64,000 nucleotides of DNA, taken from NCBI GenBank assembly GCA_964036045.1, contig OZ038378.1:158162001-158226000 (forward strand), given 5' to 3'. Shown here in pieces: positions 36,451-50,000 of the stretch. The notes below the pieces were generated by a model. The model was not told the DNA's origin. It saw only the letters and a list, made by a program, of their open reading frames with translations, and made no database searches. The stretch is from Eutreptiella sp. 'Long Island Sound 2002'. Taxonomy: Eukaryota > Protista > Euglenida. Numbering within the stretch: the first letter of the stretch is position 1; each line of letters begins with the position of its first letter. The position numbers were made by a program, and so were the translations under genes.

Positions 36451-38947
36451 GACCGACCAGCGCAACCCTGCGCAATCCCTCATTGGGGTCACATGGTGGC
36501 CCTGGGTGACGGATGGCAGGGTTCTGTGGACCTGCCCCGTCGGGATCCATGGGAGAGCTGGTTGGCACCAGCTAATGCTAATGCGGCAGGATGCCCATAC
36601 CATCCTCTGTTTTTGAGTTGACCCCCCGTCGATGCCCAGAATCGAATGTCCACCGTGGATGTGGAGTCCGGGGACATTGTGTGGCCAGGGGGGGGGGGTA
36701 CAAATAAAGTTCCCGGTACTCGCATACAGCTTTTTTTTTTCGGGGGGTACCCCCGGAAAGGGGGGGGGTTACGAAAAAAATTCGCGTGAAAAATTTTTCC
36801 AGACCCCAAAACCTGAAATTTCCTTAACTCTACCCCACGTGTTTGGGTTTGGAAGGTGCAAGGAGGGTATTTTTCAAGGTAACCATGGATATTTGAGCCG
36901 ATATGGGTGGTATTTGTGTTTAAGGGCACAAAGACCCCCGGTCTGTTCCGGCTACAATGCAGCGCCCCACCTTGGCCTCTAATCGGCAGGAAAAAGTCCC
37001 CAGATAAGGCAATACACCCTATCCGGGGCAAGAAACCGAACCAGCAGCATTGAACGACAAGGGTGATTGATGTCCATTCTTGCCATTCTGCAGGTTGCCC
37101 AAGCCTACAGTGGACCCCACAATGTCATGTCCCCATTGCCTTCTCGCATGCCGGTTGATGACCGATACGCCACAATGGCTTGCCAACAAAGATTGGTTCT
37201 CGGTGAGGGTATGGTTTGTGTGTTAGTGTATTATTATGTCTGTGTATGTGTGTGAATGGTGCACATGGTTGCACTACGCCGTTCTTGCGCGCACATCACC
37301 AAATCTATTTGCATCCATTTGCACATTGTGGGGTTCCGCGGAAGTGCTTCGCATGGGGTGCAAGGCATCAAATGCCCATTGTCATCGACTTGAGCCACAC
37401 CCTTGCATGGCGGGTCACGCAAGAAACAACCAACTCCATCCACATACATCCAGTGCACTTTCTCGTGGGAGTGGCGCATCAGTGGATAACGCCCACGAAG
37501 GGCAATCGGACTAGGCACACCCGGTGGCAAAGCACCCATGCACCTAGGCAACACAGTAGGCGAGAGTGACAGTGCCAAGGGCTCACTAGCCCCAGAACGC
37601 GGGCTACTGGGGTCTTCTGATGGCCGTGATGATTCCTGGGATTGCAGCTGAGAGGGCTGCAACCCTTGGGACGACTTGTTGAAAAAGCGCGTCATGGACA
37701 GTTGGTGTCCCTTGACAACAGGGGAAATGCCTGCGCGATGCCTCTCGCCCTGGCAATGCAACTGGTAGGACTGTGTGGCAGGTGTAGCTAGAACTGATAA
37801 GCCCTCACTACGGGGACATGTCCACCCATGGGCATCCCGTTGGCCCCAAGCGATATTGATCGCCGACGACATCTAAAAGGTCTGCGAGAAGGAAAATCTA
37901 ATAACACGTACAATTGAACCCAAATCTTCATGGATTATTGTTAATTGGACCTTCTCCCTCTCACGCTTCTTCGCCCTCCCTCGCTGTCCACTAGCCCAAA
38001 TCCCTCTTTCTTTCCCTCTTTTGTCTTCTCCCTAATGATCGATTGCGGCTCTCTACAACCATGCAAGCAACAAAGCGTGGATTGTGAGTGCCTAACCCAA
38101 TATGGGGTTGTGAAACAAACAAACAAACAAGTGGAACACCCCACATTTCACATTGTGTACCGCAATTCCACTCCCGGGTTGCCACACGGCCACCAAACGC
38201 TGGTGGTCACGCGGCTCCGCGCTTCGCCCACACTCATCGCTAAGTGTGGCACGTAGTAAGGCTAGCGGTTCCGCCTGGAGAGTAGATGGATTGGACACAA
38301 TGCTCAATGTGGGTGGCAACGCCCCGCGCCAGGGGCCCCTTGTCCGTGGGCTGACAATTGCATTTAACAAGTGTCCCCCGCTATTGGACAGAAATCAATG
38401 GCGCCAGGCAAAAAAAAACAAATTCCTTTTATCTCAATAGTAGTTCATGTGCCAATGTCATATAATGTGGCAAAGTGAGGGTGCCATGCAAGTTCAAGTA
38501 GCACATAGTGAAAAAATTCCTCTTGGCGAAAAAAAATTCCTACATGGGGTGCCAGCTTTTTTTTTCGGGGGTACCCGCCGAGGGGGGGGGGGGGTACAAA
38601 AAAAGTCGCACGAATTTTTTCCCCCCTCCCCCCCCCATTGTGTGGCTTTGTGGGGCTTTTTGGCTTGATTTGGACAATCCCCTTGCCAAGTAGGCCACCT
38701 TTTGAAGCAACACTGGGCATTGGCGCACCGCCCCCTTTCACTCGCACAGGCGATCGCGTTCGGCTTCTCGTGGCACATCAGGCCTGCGAAGCACGGATGC
38801 GCACGGCAACGAGAAGCTGCTGTTCATGAAATGCCGCTGCGACGGCAAGATATGCACACCTATGGGGTGCACTGACAGGGAAGTTGCATGAGTGGGGTGA
38901 AGGTTGCAGTGGTAGGGTAGTTGGCAGCCGTGGCGCCCTAATTTGCG

Positions 38948-39790
38948 TGGCCATGAGCAACGGATATAGGACTCACATACACCCCCGTGACACAGGCATA
39001 TGGTCATCGTCACCACTCTCAGTTCATTGTTTGACTTGCTGCACTGCAGCACATATCAGTTGAGGCCAAATGTTTCGTGGCCCGTTGTGGGTAAGAGCAT
39101 ACACCCCCCCCCCCCATTGGCTCGGTTAGGCAAGCATCCCATAAATACAAAAGCGACGACTCCATAGCAGACCAAACCTGGTTTGCGGGGGGCCATGAGG
39201 CAACGGATACTGGGCTCGCATACGCCCCCGTGTCACAGGTGCATGGTCATCACCACACAGTTCAGTGTTTGCCTTGCTGCACTACAGCGCAGACCAGTTC
39301 TGTACCACTCCAGGTGGCCTTTGATGTTGCTGTGGCCTTGGCCAACTGTACATCTGGGTCAGCTCGCACCCACCACCCTCCCACAGTGCCGGTTGGTCTC
39401 TCACCCTCGCTCTGCAGGTCTCCTTCCCTCTGGCCTTTGCGGGGGGCCATGAGGCAACGGATACTGAGCTCGCATACGCCCCCGTGTCACAGGCGCATGG
39501 TCATAACCACATTGTTCAGTGTTTTTCTCGCTGCACTGCAGCGCAGACCAGTTCTGTACCACACCACGTGGTTGCTGACTGTGCTTTGGCTTTGGTCCTC
39601 TGGACATTGAGGTCAGCTCGCACCCACCACCCTCCCACAGTGCCGGTTAGTCTCTAACCCTTGCCCTGCAGGTCGTGCTCATGCTGCCCCTGTCATGCAC
39701 TTGCTCTCTGGCACGTGAGGACATGTCGCACCCGAACTTCGGGGCGCAAAGGCGCCTATGGCGGCGCAAAGGTGTCTCAACGTTTCAACA
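38948..39790 (-). mobile_element. Tandem partial copies of the SINE-like body
   Basis: ggccatgag(g)caacggata...gtcacaggc..catggtcat restarts near 38950, 39190 and 39445; the last copy includes the LINE-like tctggcacgt..ggggcgcaaaggcg segment. Confidence 0.8.
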
Positions 39791-40324
39791 AAAGTTTTGG
39801 TAGCCGGACACTTCAACAAGTCATTGCTGTTGCGGGGGGGGGGGGGGGAGGTTGAGAGTTCTCTAGACTTTGTTGGTTGGGAGGGCCGCAGATGGTATAC
39901 TTTGTGTGTGGGGGGTGGGGGGAGATATGACAGTCTTTTTGTGGCGGTGGTTGCAGGCCTTTGTTGGGTTTGCCGGGCCGCATGTGCCATACACTTAGAG
40001 GGGAAGGGGGGGGGGGCAGGCTGCACTATGCTTAAGGGGGCATGGGGGGTAACCGTGTGCATTAGGGTGTCATGTGTTGATGCTGCGATGCCTGGGCAAT
40101 GGAAGGTGCAGCTAAAACCGCACTGCAAGCTCAGTGCACGCTCGGTGCAAGCTCACTACAAGCGCTGGCGCCTTCAAAGGAGTTGGGTGAGCGTTAGGTG
40201 AACGGTGAGTGAAAGCGCCAGAGCTTGCAATGAGCTTGCACGGAGCTTGCAATGAGCTTGCAGTGAAGGCTCAGTGGCATATGATCTCTTGCCCCATCTT
40301 CCCAAAGGCCTTGTTCCCCTTGCA

Positions 40325-41926
40325 TCAGCCCGTGGCTGAGGAAATGGGGAAGAGATCCACACGGACCCGCGTGGCCAGCCCGTTATCCACGCACCCAGCC
40401 ACCACCACCAATTGGTGGCTGCGGTGTGTTTTGGGAAAACGGGCTAGTGCGCCACCTTTTGACATTTTTATAGAAGGACTTGGACCGGTGCACGGCCATG
40501 CAACGCAACTTGCCGATTTGTTGGCGTATATGTTGCTTCTGTGCGGCGCCTGGCTCATTGAGTTTCTCCTGTGCCCAAAATGGGGTGGGTGTCTGGTTGT
40601 GTCTTGCCTGTCGTGGGCAGGCAGCCCCGGCAATAGGCGGCCCAAAATCAGGTGTGCGTGAGTTAGCGGTGCCTGGGTGTCGCTGAAGCCGAGACTGGCC
40701 ATTTGCGCCGTGAACTTTTTGGAGTGGGGAGCGTACCATCGTGCCACTGTTGGCTGCGGTGCCGGCTGCGATGGGATGTGACCCCCTATGCGCCACTTGA
40801 ACCCGAGCATAACCAAGGAGTGGTCAAAAATGGGCATACATAGTACACTGTAATGGATCCATGGTACGTTAGGTATTTGTTGGCGAACTAGTATGGTGTC
40901 CAGCCTGCGTGGTCTGCCATGGCGGGGGATGTGTCTGTTATATTGCCTTGTGTCGGGGTAATGGCGCGTGGCGAGGAGCAAGTCTAGTAGACTAGCGTCA
41001 TCTAGGCCTGCTTGCCATGGTCGGGTGGGGGCTGCAGCCCAGATGTCATCGTTGAAGTCCCCCATGATCGATGATTATATCGTAGGGGGTTATGGAGTGG
41101 ATGAACTAGTCCACTTCTGTCTTATCTTGTGGTGTAAACCTAGAGAGATGCGGACGATGGTGTGTCCAGGTCTGACCGGGGGCTGAAGGCGTAGAGCCGC
41201 AGCTAAGCCCCATGGAGAATATGTAACCTGCAGCATGTGTGGGTCCAGGGTGTTTTTGGCTAGGAAGGACACCTGGGGACCCGTTCCGAGCGCAGCGTAA
41301 CACTTGTATTCGTTGTGGAGGGTGCCGGTGGCTGCCTCTGGGAAGGCAAAACCGGGGTCATACTCCTGGATGCCACATAGGTCAATGCGGCGATCGCTCA
41401 CAAGGTATAAGATGTTAGCCCAACATTGTAGGCTCAGCCGGCCTTGCGCTCCCTGTACGTTCCATGTGGCGAGTTTCAAGTTGGTGTCCTTGTGCTGTGT
41501 GGTTTGCTTCAGGCACTGTAAATCCCGCTGTGTGTTTGTAACCCGATGTTTGGTGTATGCCTCAATGTCTTGTGGCGGTACAAGGGGTCCCCGCAGGGTG
41601 CGGGTGTGGTTGTTCAGTCGATAGATCCTACGTTGTCCAAGGTTCGGGTGTACGTCGCCCCAGATTAGGACCCAGGTGGCATTGTTGCGATGGTTGTACG
41701 GGCTGATGGGTTGATCCCACGGATATGCCGTGTCCAGGTTCCGGTGGACAATTGTCCCAGTGAGTTCATGACGTGGGACCGCCATGTGCCTGGTACCCTG
41801 GCAACTCGGCACCTGGAAAAGCCAGTAACACATCATTGGGGTGTGGGTCGTGGGTGGCACGATTGTGTATAAAGTCTGATGTCTGATGTCTGATGTAGCA
41901 TGTTGTGTTTGCAGTGTACACAACAA
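40325..41926 (-). pseudogene. APE endonuclease region of a second LINE family (frameshifted)
   Basis: KLATWNVQG, DLCGIQEY, GDFNDD, RRLDTIL, IFDHSLV. Confidence 0.8.
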
Positions 41927-42109
41927 GATGTGTGATATGTCTGATATAGGTATGATGGTTGGAGGAAAGGGGGGGGGGTGTTGGTGTCAAAATGGGTGTG
42001 CAAAAAGTTGATGCCCCCCAGCCAAGAAAAAAGTATAAAAAATCAAGGGGTTAGGAAATATCAAGCCAACATGGAAAATCTGGAAAAACTAAACAACCAG
42101 AATCCGGAA

Positions 42110-43345
42110 AAAGGCCCCATAGGCCCCCATACGTCCCCATAGGTTTGTGTGTCCCCAAAGGTCCCCGAAACTCCCCAGAGGTCCCCAAGTATCCCGATAG
42201 AGCCCCAAAGGTCCCCATAGGTCCCCAAAAGTCCCCATAGGTCCCCATGGGCACCCATAGGGTCTCCATAGCTCCCCAGAGCCCCCCATAGGTCCCCATA
42301 GGTCCCCATAGGTCCCCAGAGGCCGCCATAGATTCCCATAGACTTTATAGGTCACCAAAGGATCCCATAGGCCCCCATAGGTCCCCTTAGGCCCCCTTGG
42401 GTCCCCATGGGTCCCCATAGGCCCCCATGGGTCCCCATAGGTACCGATAGGCCCCCAAAGGTCCCAGTAGATCCCCAAAGGTCCCCATAGGTGCCAATGG
42501 TTCCCCAAAGATCCCCATTGGTGCCAATAGGTCCCCATAGGCCCTCAAAGGTGCCCATAGGTTCCCATATGTCTTCATAGGTGCCCATAGTTCCCCATAG
42601 GTCCTCATAGGTGTCAATAGGTCCCCATAGGCCCCCGTAGGTCCCCAAAAGTCCCCACAGGTTCCCAGAGGTCTCCAAAGGACCCTATAGGTCCCCATAG
42701 GCCCCCATTGGTCCCCACAGGCCCCCATAACTCCCCATAGGTGCCCATAGGACCCCTAAGTCCCCATAGGTCCCCAAAGGTCCGCATAGGTCCCCATAGG
42801 CTCCCAGAGGTCTCCAAAGGACTCTATAGGTCCCCACAGGTTCCCATAGGTCCCCACAGGCCCCCATAGGTCCCCCGCAGGCCCCCATCGGTCCCCAGAA
42901 GGTCCCCATAGGTCCTTAGAAGGTCCCCACAGGCCCCCAAAGGCCCCCATAGGTCCGCAAAGGTGCCCATGGGTCCCCGAAGGTCCCCATAGGTGCCAGT
43001 GGGTCCCCATGGGCCCCCATGGGCCCCCAAAGGTCCCCATAGGTCCCCAAACGGTCCCCATGGGCCCCCAAAGGGCCCCATAGGTCCCCATAGGCCCCCA
43101 TAAGTCCCCATAGATCCCCAAAGGTCCCCATAGGCTCCCAGAGGTCTCCAAAGGACCCTATGGGTCCCCATGGGTCCCCAAAGGTCCCCATTGGTCCTCA
43201 GAGGCCCCCATAGGCCCCCGTAGGTGCCAATAGATCCCGATGCGCCCCCATAAGTCCTCATAGGCCCCCATAAGTCCTCATGGGTCCCCAAATGTCCCAG
43301 TAGGTGCCCATAGGGCCCCATAGGTCCCCATAGGCCCCCATAGGT
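42110..43345. repeat. 10-bp satellite (aggtccccat)n, about 1.2 kb
   Basis: Degenerate tandem aggtccccat/aggcccccat; produces spurious GTYGDLWGPM ORFs. Confidence 0.95.
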
Positions 43346-43761
43346 TACACCCTCCAAGGATGCACCGCATCACCTATACATTAGTGTAAACCTCATGCGG
43401 TGAATCCTTGAAGGGTCTACACCCTCCAAGGATTCACCGCATCTCCTGTACGCTAGTGTATACCTCATGCGGTGAATCCTTGAAGGGTCTGCAACTTTCA
43501 GGGATTCACTGCATCACTTGTACCCCCGGGGGGGGGGGGGGGCGACTAAAACTGGTCCTGTTCCGACCCACCCCCCAACTATCTTTCAAAAGTTGGGGTG
43601 GGGTGGGGGGGGCTTTTGGGGGAGGGGGGTCCAGCCGGCGGTCGGGGGGGGGGGGGGGGGTTCCTGCCGGGGCTAGGGGGGTGGTGTTCCTGCCAGGGGT
43701 CGGGGGGGGGGGGTCTGGCCAAGGGTCAAGGGGGCATCCAGCTAGGGGTGAGGGGGGAGGG

Positions 43762-43780
43762 GTTAGGGTTAGGGTTAGGG
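43762..43780 (+). repeat. Interstitial (TTAGGG)3 telomere-like tract
   Basis: gttagggttagggttaggg. Confidence 0.7.
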
Positions 43781-43852
43781 TCACCGAGCTGGTGGAACCC
43801 GTCTTGGTTTTATAACCCTTTTTAGTGTCTAGGGTGGACCTACCAAGTTTAG

Positions 43853-43884
<32 letters not shown>

Positions 43885-44024
43885 GCACGCGCGAAATGGG
43901 AAAAAATCAGAACTCTATCGTGGTGCTTCAGATTCGGGTGAAATTTTGGTGGATGATACCTATGGGTGTGAAGTACAATCACACAAAGTATGAGCAAGAA
44001 ATTTAACGGTGGCGGCCGGGAACG

Positions 44025-45354
44025 GGATTTGCAAGTGGCGGACCTCGGTTTCAAAAACAGCAGTTTAGGGCCAAAAACAGCCATTTTTGGGCCAAAAAAG
44101 CCCTGGAACACATTCAAAACGGCCAAACGAAGGGAAACGGTGGGTACACTACACATGAATTGCCCAAACGGACGCCTAGACCCCCATACCTAGGCCCACT
44201 AGGCTGCGGCAAGCTGCAAGCTCAAGCCCAAACAGGTGGGTGCCCAAATGGGTCAACAGGGTCCAGTAGGGGCAAAAAGATGACTTTTCTCAAAAATGAT
44301 CCTAGTCCATGTGCAACGCTAAAACAAGTGTTTTTGGACCGTTTTGAGCTTGTGGTGGCCCATTTTGGTCCTCCGAAAATCCCAAAATGCCTTGAAAATG
44401 GGCTGTTTTGGGACCAAAAATGGGTCAAGAATGGGTCAAAAATGCATTTTTCCAAACCTCATCCTAAACCATTTGGGGTGCACAAACGGGTGAAATGGGC
44501 CCAATTTGAGCCCATTTTGGGGCATTTTGGCCCCTCAGAAGTCCAAAAAGCCTTGAAAGTGGGCCTCGTGGTGATGGGGTTCACTCACGGGATTCGCAAG
44601 TGGTGGACCTCAGTTTCAAAAACTGCAGTTTAGGGCCAAAAACAGCCATTTTGGGGCCAAAAAAGCCATGGAACACATTCAAAACGGCCAAACGAAGGGA
44701 AACGGTGGGTACATTGCACGTGCGGCTTGACTTCCCCGTGTCAACGAGCTCTTTGCGGCCCTCCAACTCCACAATATGTCCCGGAAACGGCCCAAAAAGG
44801 CCCCCAAAAGCTCCAAATGCCAACAGCCACAAACCAAGAATAGGCCATATCTTTGGCTACATGGCTCAAAATGCGATTCCGAGGGCACCTACTCCACCCG
44901 CAACCCCCCACTTTTTATGGTTTCCACCCCTCAAAATTGCCCAAACGGACGCCTAGACCCCCGTACCTAGGGCTGCGGCAAGCTGCAAGCTCAAGCCCAA
45001 ACAGTTGGGTGCCCAAATGGGTCAACAGGGTCCAGTAGGGGCAAAAAGATGACTTTTGTCAAAAATGATCCTAGACCATGTGCGACGCTAAAACAAGTGT
45101 TTTTGGACCGTTTTGAGCTTGTGGTGGCCCATTTTGGTCCTCCGAAAATCCCAAAATGCCTTGAAAATGGGCTGTTTTGGGACCAAAAATGGGTCAAGAA
45201 TGGGTCAAAAACGCATTTTTCCAAACCTCATCCTAAACCATTTGGGGTGCACAAACGGATGAAATGAGCCCATTTTGAGCCCATTTTGGGGCATTTTGGC
45301 CCCTCAGAAGTCCAAAAAGCCTTGAAAGTGGGCCTCGTGGTGATGGGGTTCACT
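44025..45354. repeat. Modular duplicated repeat (B-C-B'-D-C')
   Basis: 44025-44157 is similar to 44588-44722; 44158-44585 is similar to 44936-45354 (near identical). Confidence 0.85.
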
Positions 45355-45737
45355 TGCAAGCTAATTTCACTTTGTCAAGAGCCATCAATGTGTGAATCAT
45401 TCTTGATGTCCATCACCAGTCATAGCTGATGTTCCCTCCCCCACCAGCTCGGTCCCAATATTCAGTCTTGATTAGGGCAAGGGTTGCTGCTAGGGCCTGC
45501 AGCCCTCCTGTAGCCCTCCTTCAAGTCAAATTTTTTTGTGTTCTTTTAACACAAATATGAATTCTCTACAAATTTTGAGTATTTTGAGTGTAAACGCACA
45601 GCATGAAAAAAAAATTGGCGCCTTCGGTGCCGCACAGCTCTCTCTAGGGACACTTGTTGGTGGCCGAAGCGGCACCACTATCCTTCAAAACCCGGGGGGG
45701 GGGGGGGGGGGGCTGGGGGGGTCACATACAAGGACCC

Positions 45738-45847
<110 letters not shown>

Positions 45848-46094
45848 AGCATATATGCCTATACATGTGCCAAATTTGTTAGTTTGCTGTGAAATGGTGT
45901 CTGATGGCCCTACAACGCTAGGGTTGAGGCCAGAGAACAAAAATCTACATCTCGAAGGGTGCAGTGAGTGGGTGCAGCTTCCATACTTCCTACAAACAAA
46001 CACACAACACCAAGCGGAGGGTCTTTTCCGAATCATTTTCCATACTTCCCGATGCAGGAAAGCACTCGTGAGTAGGGGGGGGGGGTGGAAGGAC

Positions 46095-46963
46095 TAGGGA
46101 AGTGCCAGAGCGGGGGGGACATTCCATTGGGGGTGTCCAATATGGGTTGTACCCAGGGGCCATGAGGCAACGAAAAACTGGGTTCGCATACGCCCCCGTG
46201 TCACAGGCGCATGGTCATAACCACATTGTTCAGTGTTATGCTTGCTGCACTGCAGCGTAGACCAGTTCTGTACCACACCAGGTGGTTGCTGACTGTGCAT
46301 TGGCTCTGTTCCTCTGAGCAGTGTGGTCAGCTCGCACCCACCACCCACCCACAGTGCCGGTTAGACTCTAACCCTTGCCCTGCAGGTCGTGCCCCTGTCT
46401 TGCACTCATTCCCTGGCACGTGAGGACTTGTCGTACTCGTGCCTCAGGGGCGCAAAGGCGCCTTTGGTGGCGCAAAGGCGTCTCAACAATTCAGCATGTG
46501 CTCCTGCTGTCAGGTATCTCAACAGATCATTGCTGTACTGTGTGTGGCGCCTACCTTTTCTGCTCAACACCATGCATGCGCATGCTGCCCACTTTTCCTT
46601 GCCCACTGGCTTCCAACTGCCTCTCTTGGGCCGCACTCTCGCAGCCCCCGTCATGCTTCGGCCTTTCAACACGTGACGACGTGTTGAGCCTGTGGCTCAG
46701 GGGCGCTACGGCGCCCTGTTTTTTCACCACTTGACTATTCCGTGCTGTCTTGGCGTCCCATACACCCTGGTCAGCTCGAACCCACCACCCTCCCTTTGCG
46801 CCGGTTAGCCCCCGTCTCTTGCTCTGTCTCTTGCTCTGTGGGTCTCTCTCCCACTCTCTCCCTCCCAATCTCTCTTGCTCTCTCTTGCTCTCTCTCCTGT
46901 GTCCCACTCTCTCTCTCTCTCCTCTCTGCTGCTCCTCTCTGTTCCTTTCCCACTGTGTCCTAC

Positions 46964-47005
<42 letters not shown>

Positions 47006-47060
47006 TCGCCCAAAAAAGGGGGTTCGGGTCGTTTGGTGTATCTCTATCCCCCAGGGGGGA
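46095..47060 (-). mobile_element. SINE-like copy lacking the tRNA boxes
   Basis: Same body, LINE-like segment, (CT)n tract and aaggggg ttcggg..tttggt..tctctatccccc junction as the 11385-12055 copy. Confidence 0.75.
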
Positions 47061-47087
47061 TGTACCCAGGGGGGGGGGGGGGTTGTA

Positions 47088-50000
47088 CTACATCACAAGG
47101 GGGGGTGGGGGAGGTGGGTTTATGGTTTGGGTAATGGCGGTCCATAAAAGTCTGATGTCTGATGTCTGATGGCCAACTTGGTCGCTATACACAATCCTGG
47201 TGGGTGGCCGTGGTAGGCGTGGCAGTGCACGTGTATTTGTCGTATGGGTCTGTTGCGGGGTGTGAGCAGCCGCCATCCTTCGGTGTGTATCGCTGTGGGG
47301 GTTAGAAGCAGCAGTACAAGCAACGCTATGGCCTGGCTCAGCAGCGGGGGGCGCCCTGCCGCTTTCCCTTGGTTTGGGGTTTTTTTTTGGTGGTTTGTTG
47401 CGGTCCTTACTCTTGCCCTCTTCCGCCAGGGATGAGGAGGGTGTATTGGCCGGCAGTTTTGGTGGCCGGTCTAGTGACCTTGGGTCTGGTTTCTTCTTCT
47501 TGGTGGGTGGGGAGGTTTTCCCGGGGGTCTTGTGTGGTGTGCGGTTGTGTCCCTTGGTGGTTGGTTTGTGCGGTGTTTGGGATGAGGTGTCGGGTTCAGT
47601 GTGGCGTGATGGGTCTATTGGTGGCTCATCAACGTCCTGCGGTGGTGTTGATTGTTGGGTCACGGGTGATGATGACGAGGCCTCCACCTCCACGTTCCTG
47701 TTTAGTTCAGCAAAGATTGCGACGTCCCATTCCTGAATGTCGATGGGGGCCGGTCCTGCGAGCAGTTGTTTTTGAGTGTTTATGTCCTTGATGACTTTGG
47801 CTGTCATGATGCCTGCTCCCAATTGTTTGCCTACCTGCATGCGTTTGCGAAAAGGCGCGTCCTCCCCGGCGTCGAGGGGGATCTTGTGTGTTCAGCATGT
47901 GATCGATGCGGTCTGAGGCTTGCTGGTCTATGGTGTCGTCCCCTGGTGTCAAGTGCACGTACTCACCAGGCGCCACGCCGACGTACTAGCCGGCCTCCAA
48001 GCCGGCCTCCACGCTTTTGCGTGTTGGTACCTCAGAGAGGCGTATGTGCACCCCGCGTCGCTCCACATGTGGGCTCAGCGCACCAAGTGGCCCAGCATTT
48101 GAAGAAGGACGCCACTACGCGGGCCGTGTCTTCCCCTGCGCCCTGTGTCTAGCCTACGAAGATAGTCGGTGTATTGTGGCACAAAGGTTTCGGTGGTCGT
48201 TTTACGTCTCTAGACCGGTTGGCGGACTGCGTCCAGTTGTTGCGGTTTAGTATGGTGTTCTTCATCACGTGCACCGGTTCATAGGCTTTCATACCTCCGG
48301 GCAGCTGTGCAAGGAAGCGCCAGTCAACATCTAGTGAGAATAGGACTAGGAGCCTATATGTGTGGACTGGCCAGTATCTGCAGAGAAAGGATGTGATGCT
48401 CTGTCCCAACTCTAATTGTTCCCGGTTGATGTCGTCAATGAATGTTTGGACGGAGGAAATCTTGTCGCCTTTGTGTTCTGCATACCGTTGACGGGGCACG
48501 TATAGGCCCTTGTAGTTAGTTTCCACCAACCAGTACGGAATGGGGCTTCCAGCACTTTGTTCCTGTTGTTTGATTGTCTATAGGGTTTGTGCGAGTCTCG
48601 GTAGCAATTGCATAGGAATGCGTAGCTTCCATGCGCATGAGCCACTTTGTCGTGCCGTGTGCTCGGAGGTGCACTTCCATTTAAACACGTTTTCTGGGTC
48701 CTTGATGCTTTTCTTTTGTTGTTGACACCAGACTGAGTTCAGGCCATCCTGCCTACGGTGTGCGTGGGCACTCAGGCCCAGAAGGTACGTACAACATGTA
48801 TTGGGTAACCTACAGCTTCATGCGGGCGAGGCATGCCTCCGTGCTGGGGCACTGTGGGAGGGGACAATCTTTGGCTACTGCACATGTTATGCAGTGGTGT
48901 AGGCTGCCACGGCTTGGTCAAGCCCACCAAATTCAGAGCAGAGGAGTTGGACACGGGGGTAGACTTCGTGTGGGGGACGGGGCAGTGGGTTGGTTTCTAG
49001 GAGGAGTGCCGATAAGCACACATCCTCAGGCGGTAGAGTCAGGCTAACAATTCAGACCAGCATCGTCCCATCGGATGGGAGACCCAGTAAGTTGGATGCC
49101 GTCAATGAAGTGAAGAGTTTGTCGCACTAGGGACCCTATGAGATGCACTACGCAGGTGTCCCCCTGGTGATTGGTGCATTGGTGTTTGCCACGCACGCCC
49201 CCAAGCGAGGGGACAGCTGTGCGTTTTAGGAGCAGGTGGCGGACGATGTCGGACTCCGTGGCCACGTGGCGCTCCTTTTGAGACCAAGCACCCGTCAACC
49301 AATGGTCTGAGAGTGTCTCCAACCGCATCGCTTGGTTCTCAAAGTATCGCTGGACGGTCGTGGAGGCCACGCGGGAGAAGAGGGACTGTTTCTCACTCGC
49401 TACCCGGGTGTAGCTGTGGTGGCACCAGTCCCACATTTTTCGGTCATATCCCCCCCAAAAAACTTTCAGAGACCTTGCGGAAGGAAACCAGGTACGCCTC
49501 TTCCACTCGTTGGTAGGCCATGCGTGGCCACTGATTGTGTGCGCGCATGTAACGTGTCAACATGGTCGCCCAGTTCAAGTATTTCTGGTGGACCTTCGGT
49601 ACATGGTGCCGTGTGGTCCCACCGATAGTCCGCACTTGCCTAATATAGGCCTCGAGCAGTTGCCCATGGAGGGAGAGCGTGGGGAGGTACGAGTGGGCAT
49701 AGGAGTGGAGCTGCAGGAGGGGGCGTGCCAGTTGCGCCTTCCGGGCCAAGGAATGCCGAAACCAGAAATGAAGGCCGAGCATGGTGGTGCGCCAAGCGTG
49801 CAGTGTCTTCATGAGCCATTGGGTGAGCCGGCATGCTCGCATTGTGAGATGGAAGTGCGCCCTGGTGTGGGTGGCCAGGACTGGCCTAGCTGTGGTCCAC
49901 ATGCGGCGGGTGTGGGCGACCCCGCTCATGGTGTACAGGGGTCCCGGTTCCTGGCGTTGCTGTGGGTGCCTCCCTTGAGGGGGGGGGGGTCCGGTGCACA

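Noticed and set aside
42051-43357. Many ORFs with GTYGDLWGPM repeats
   Set aside because: Translation artefacts of a 10-bp satellite.
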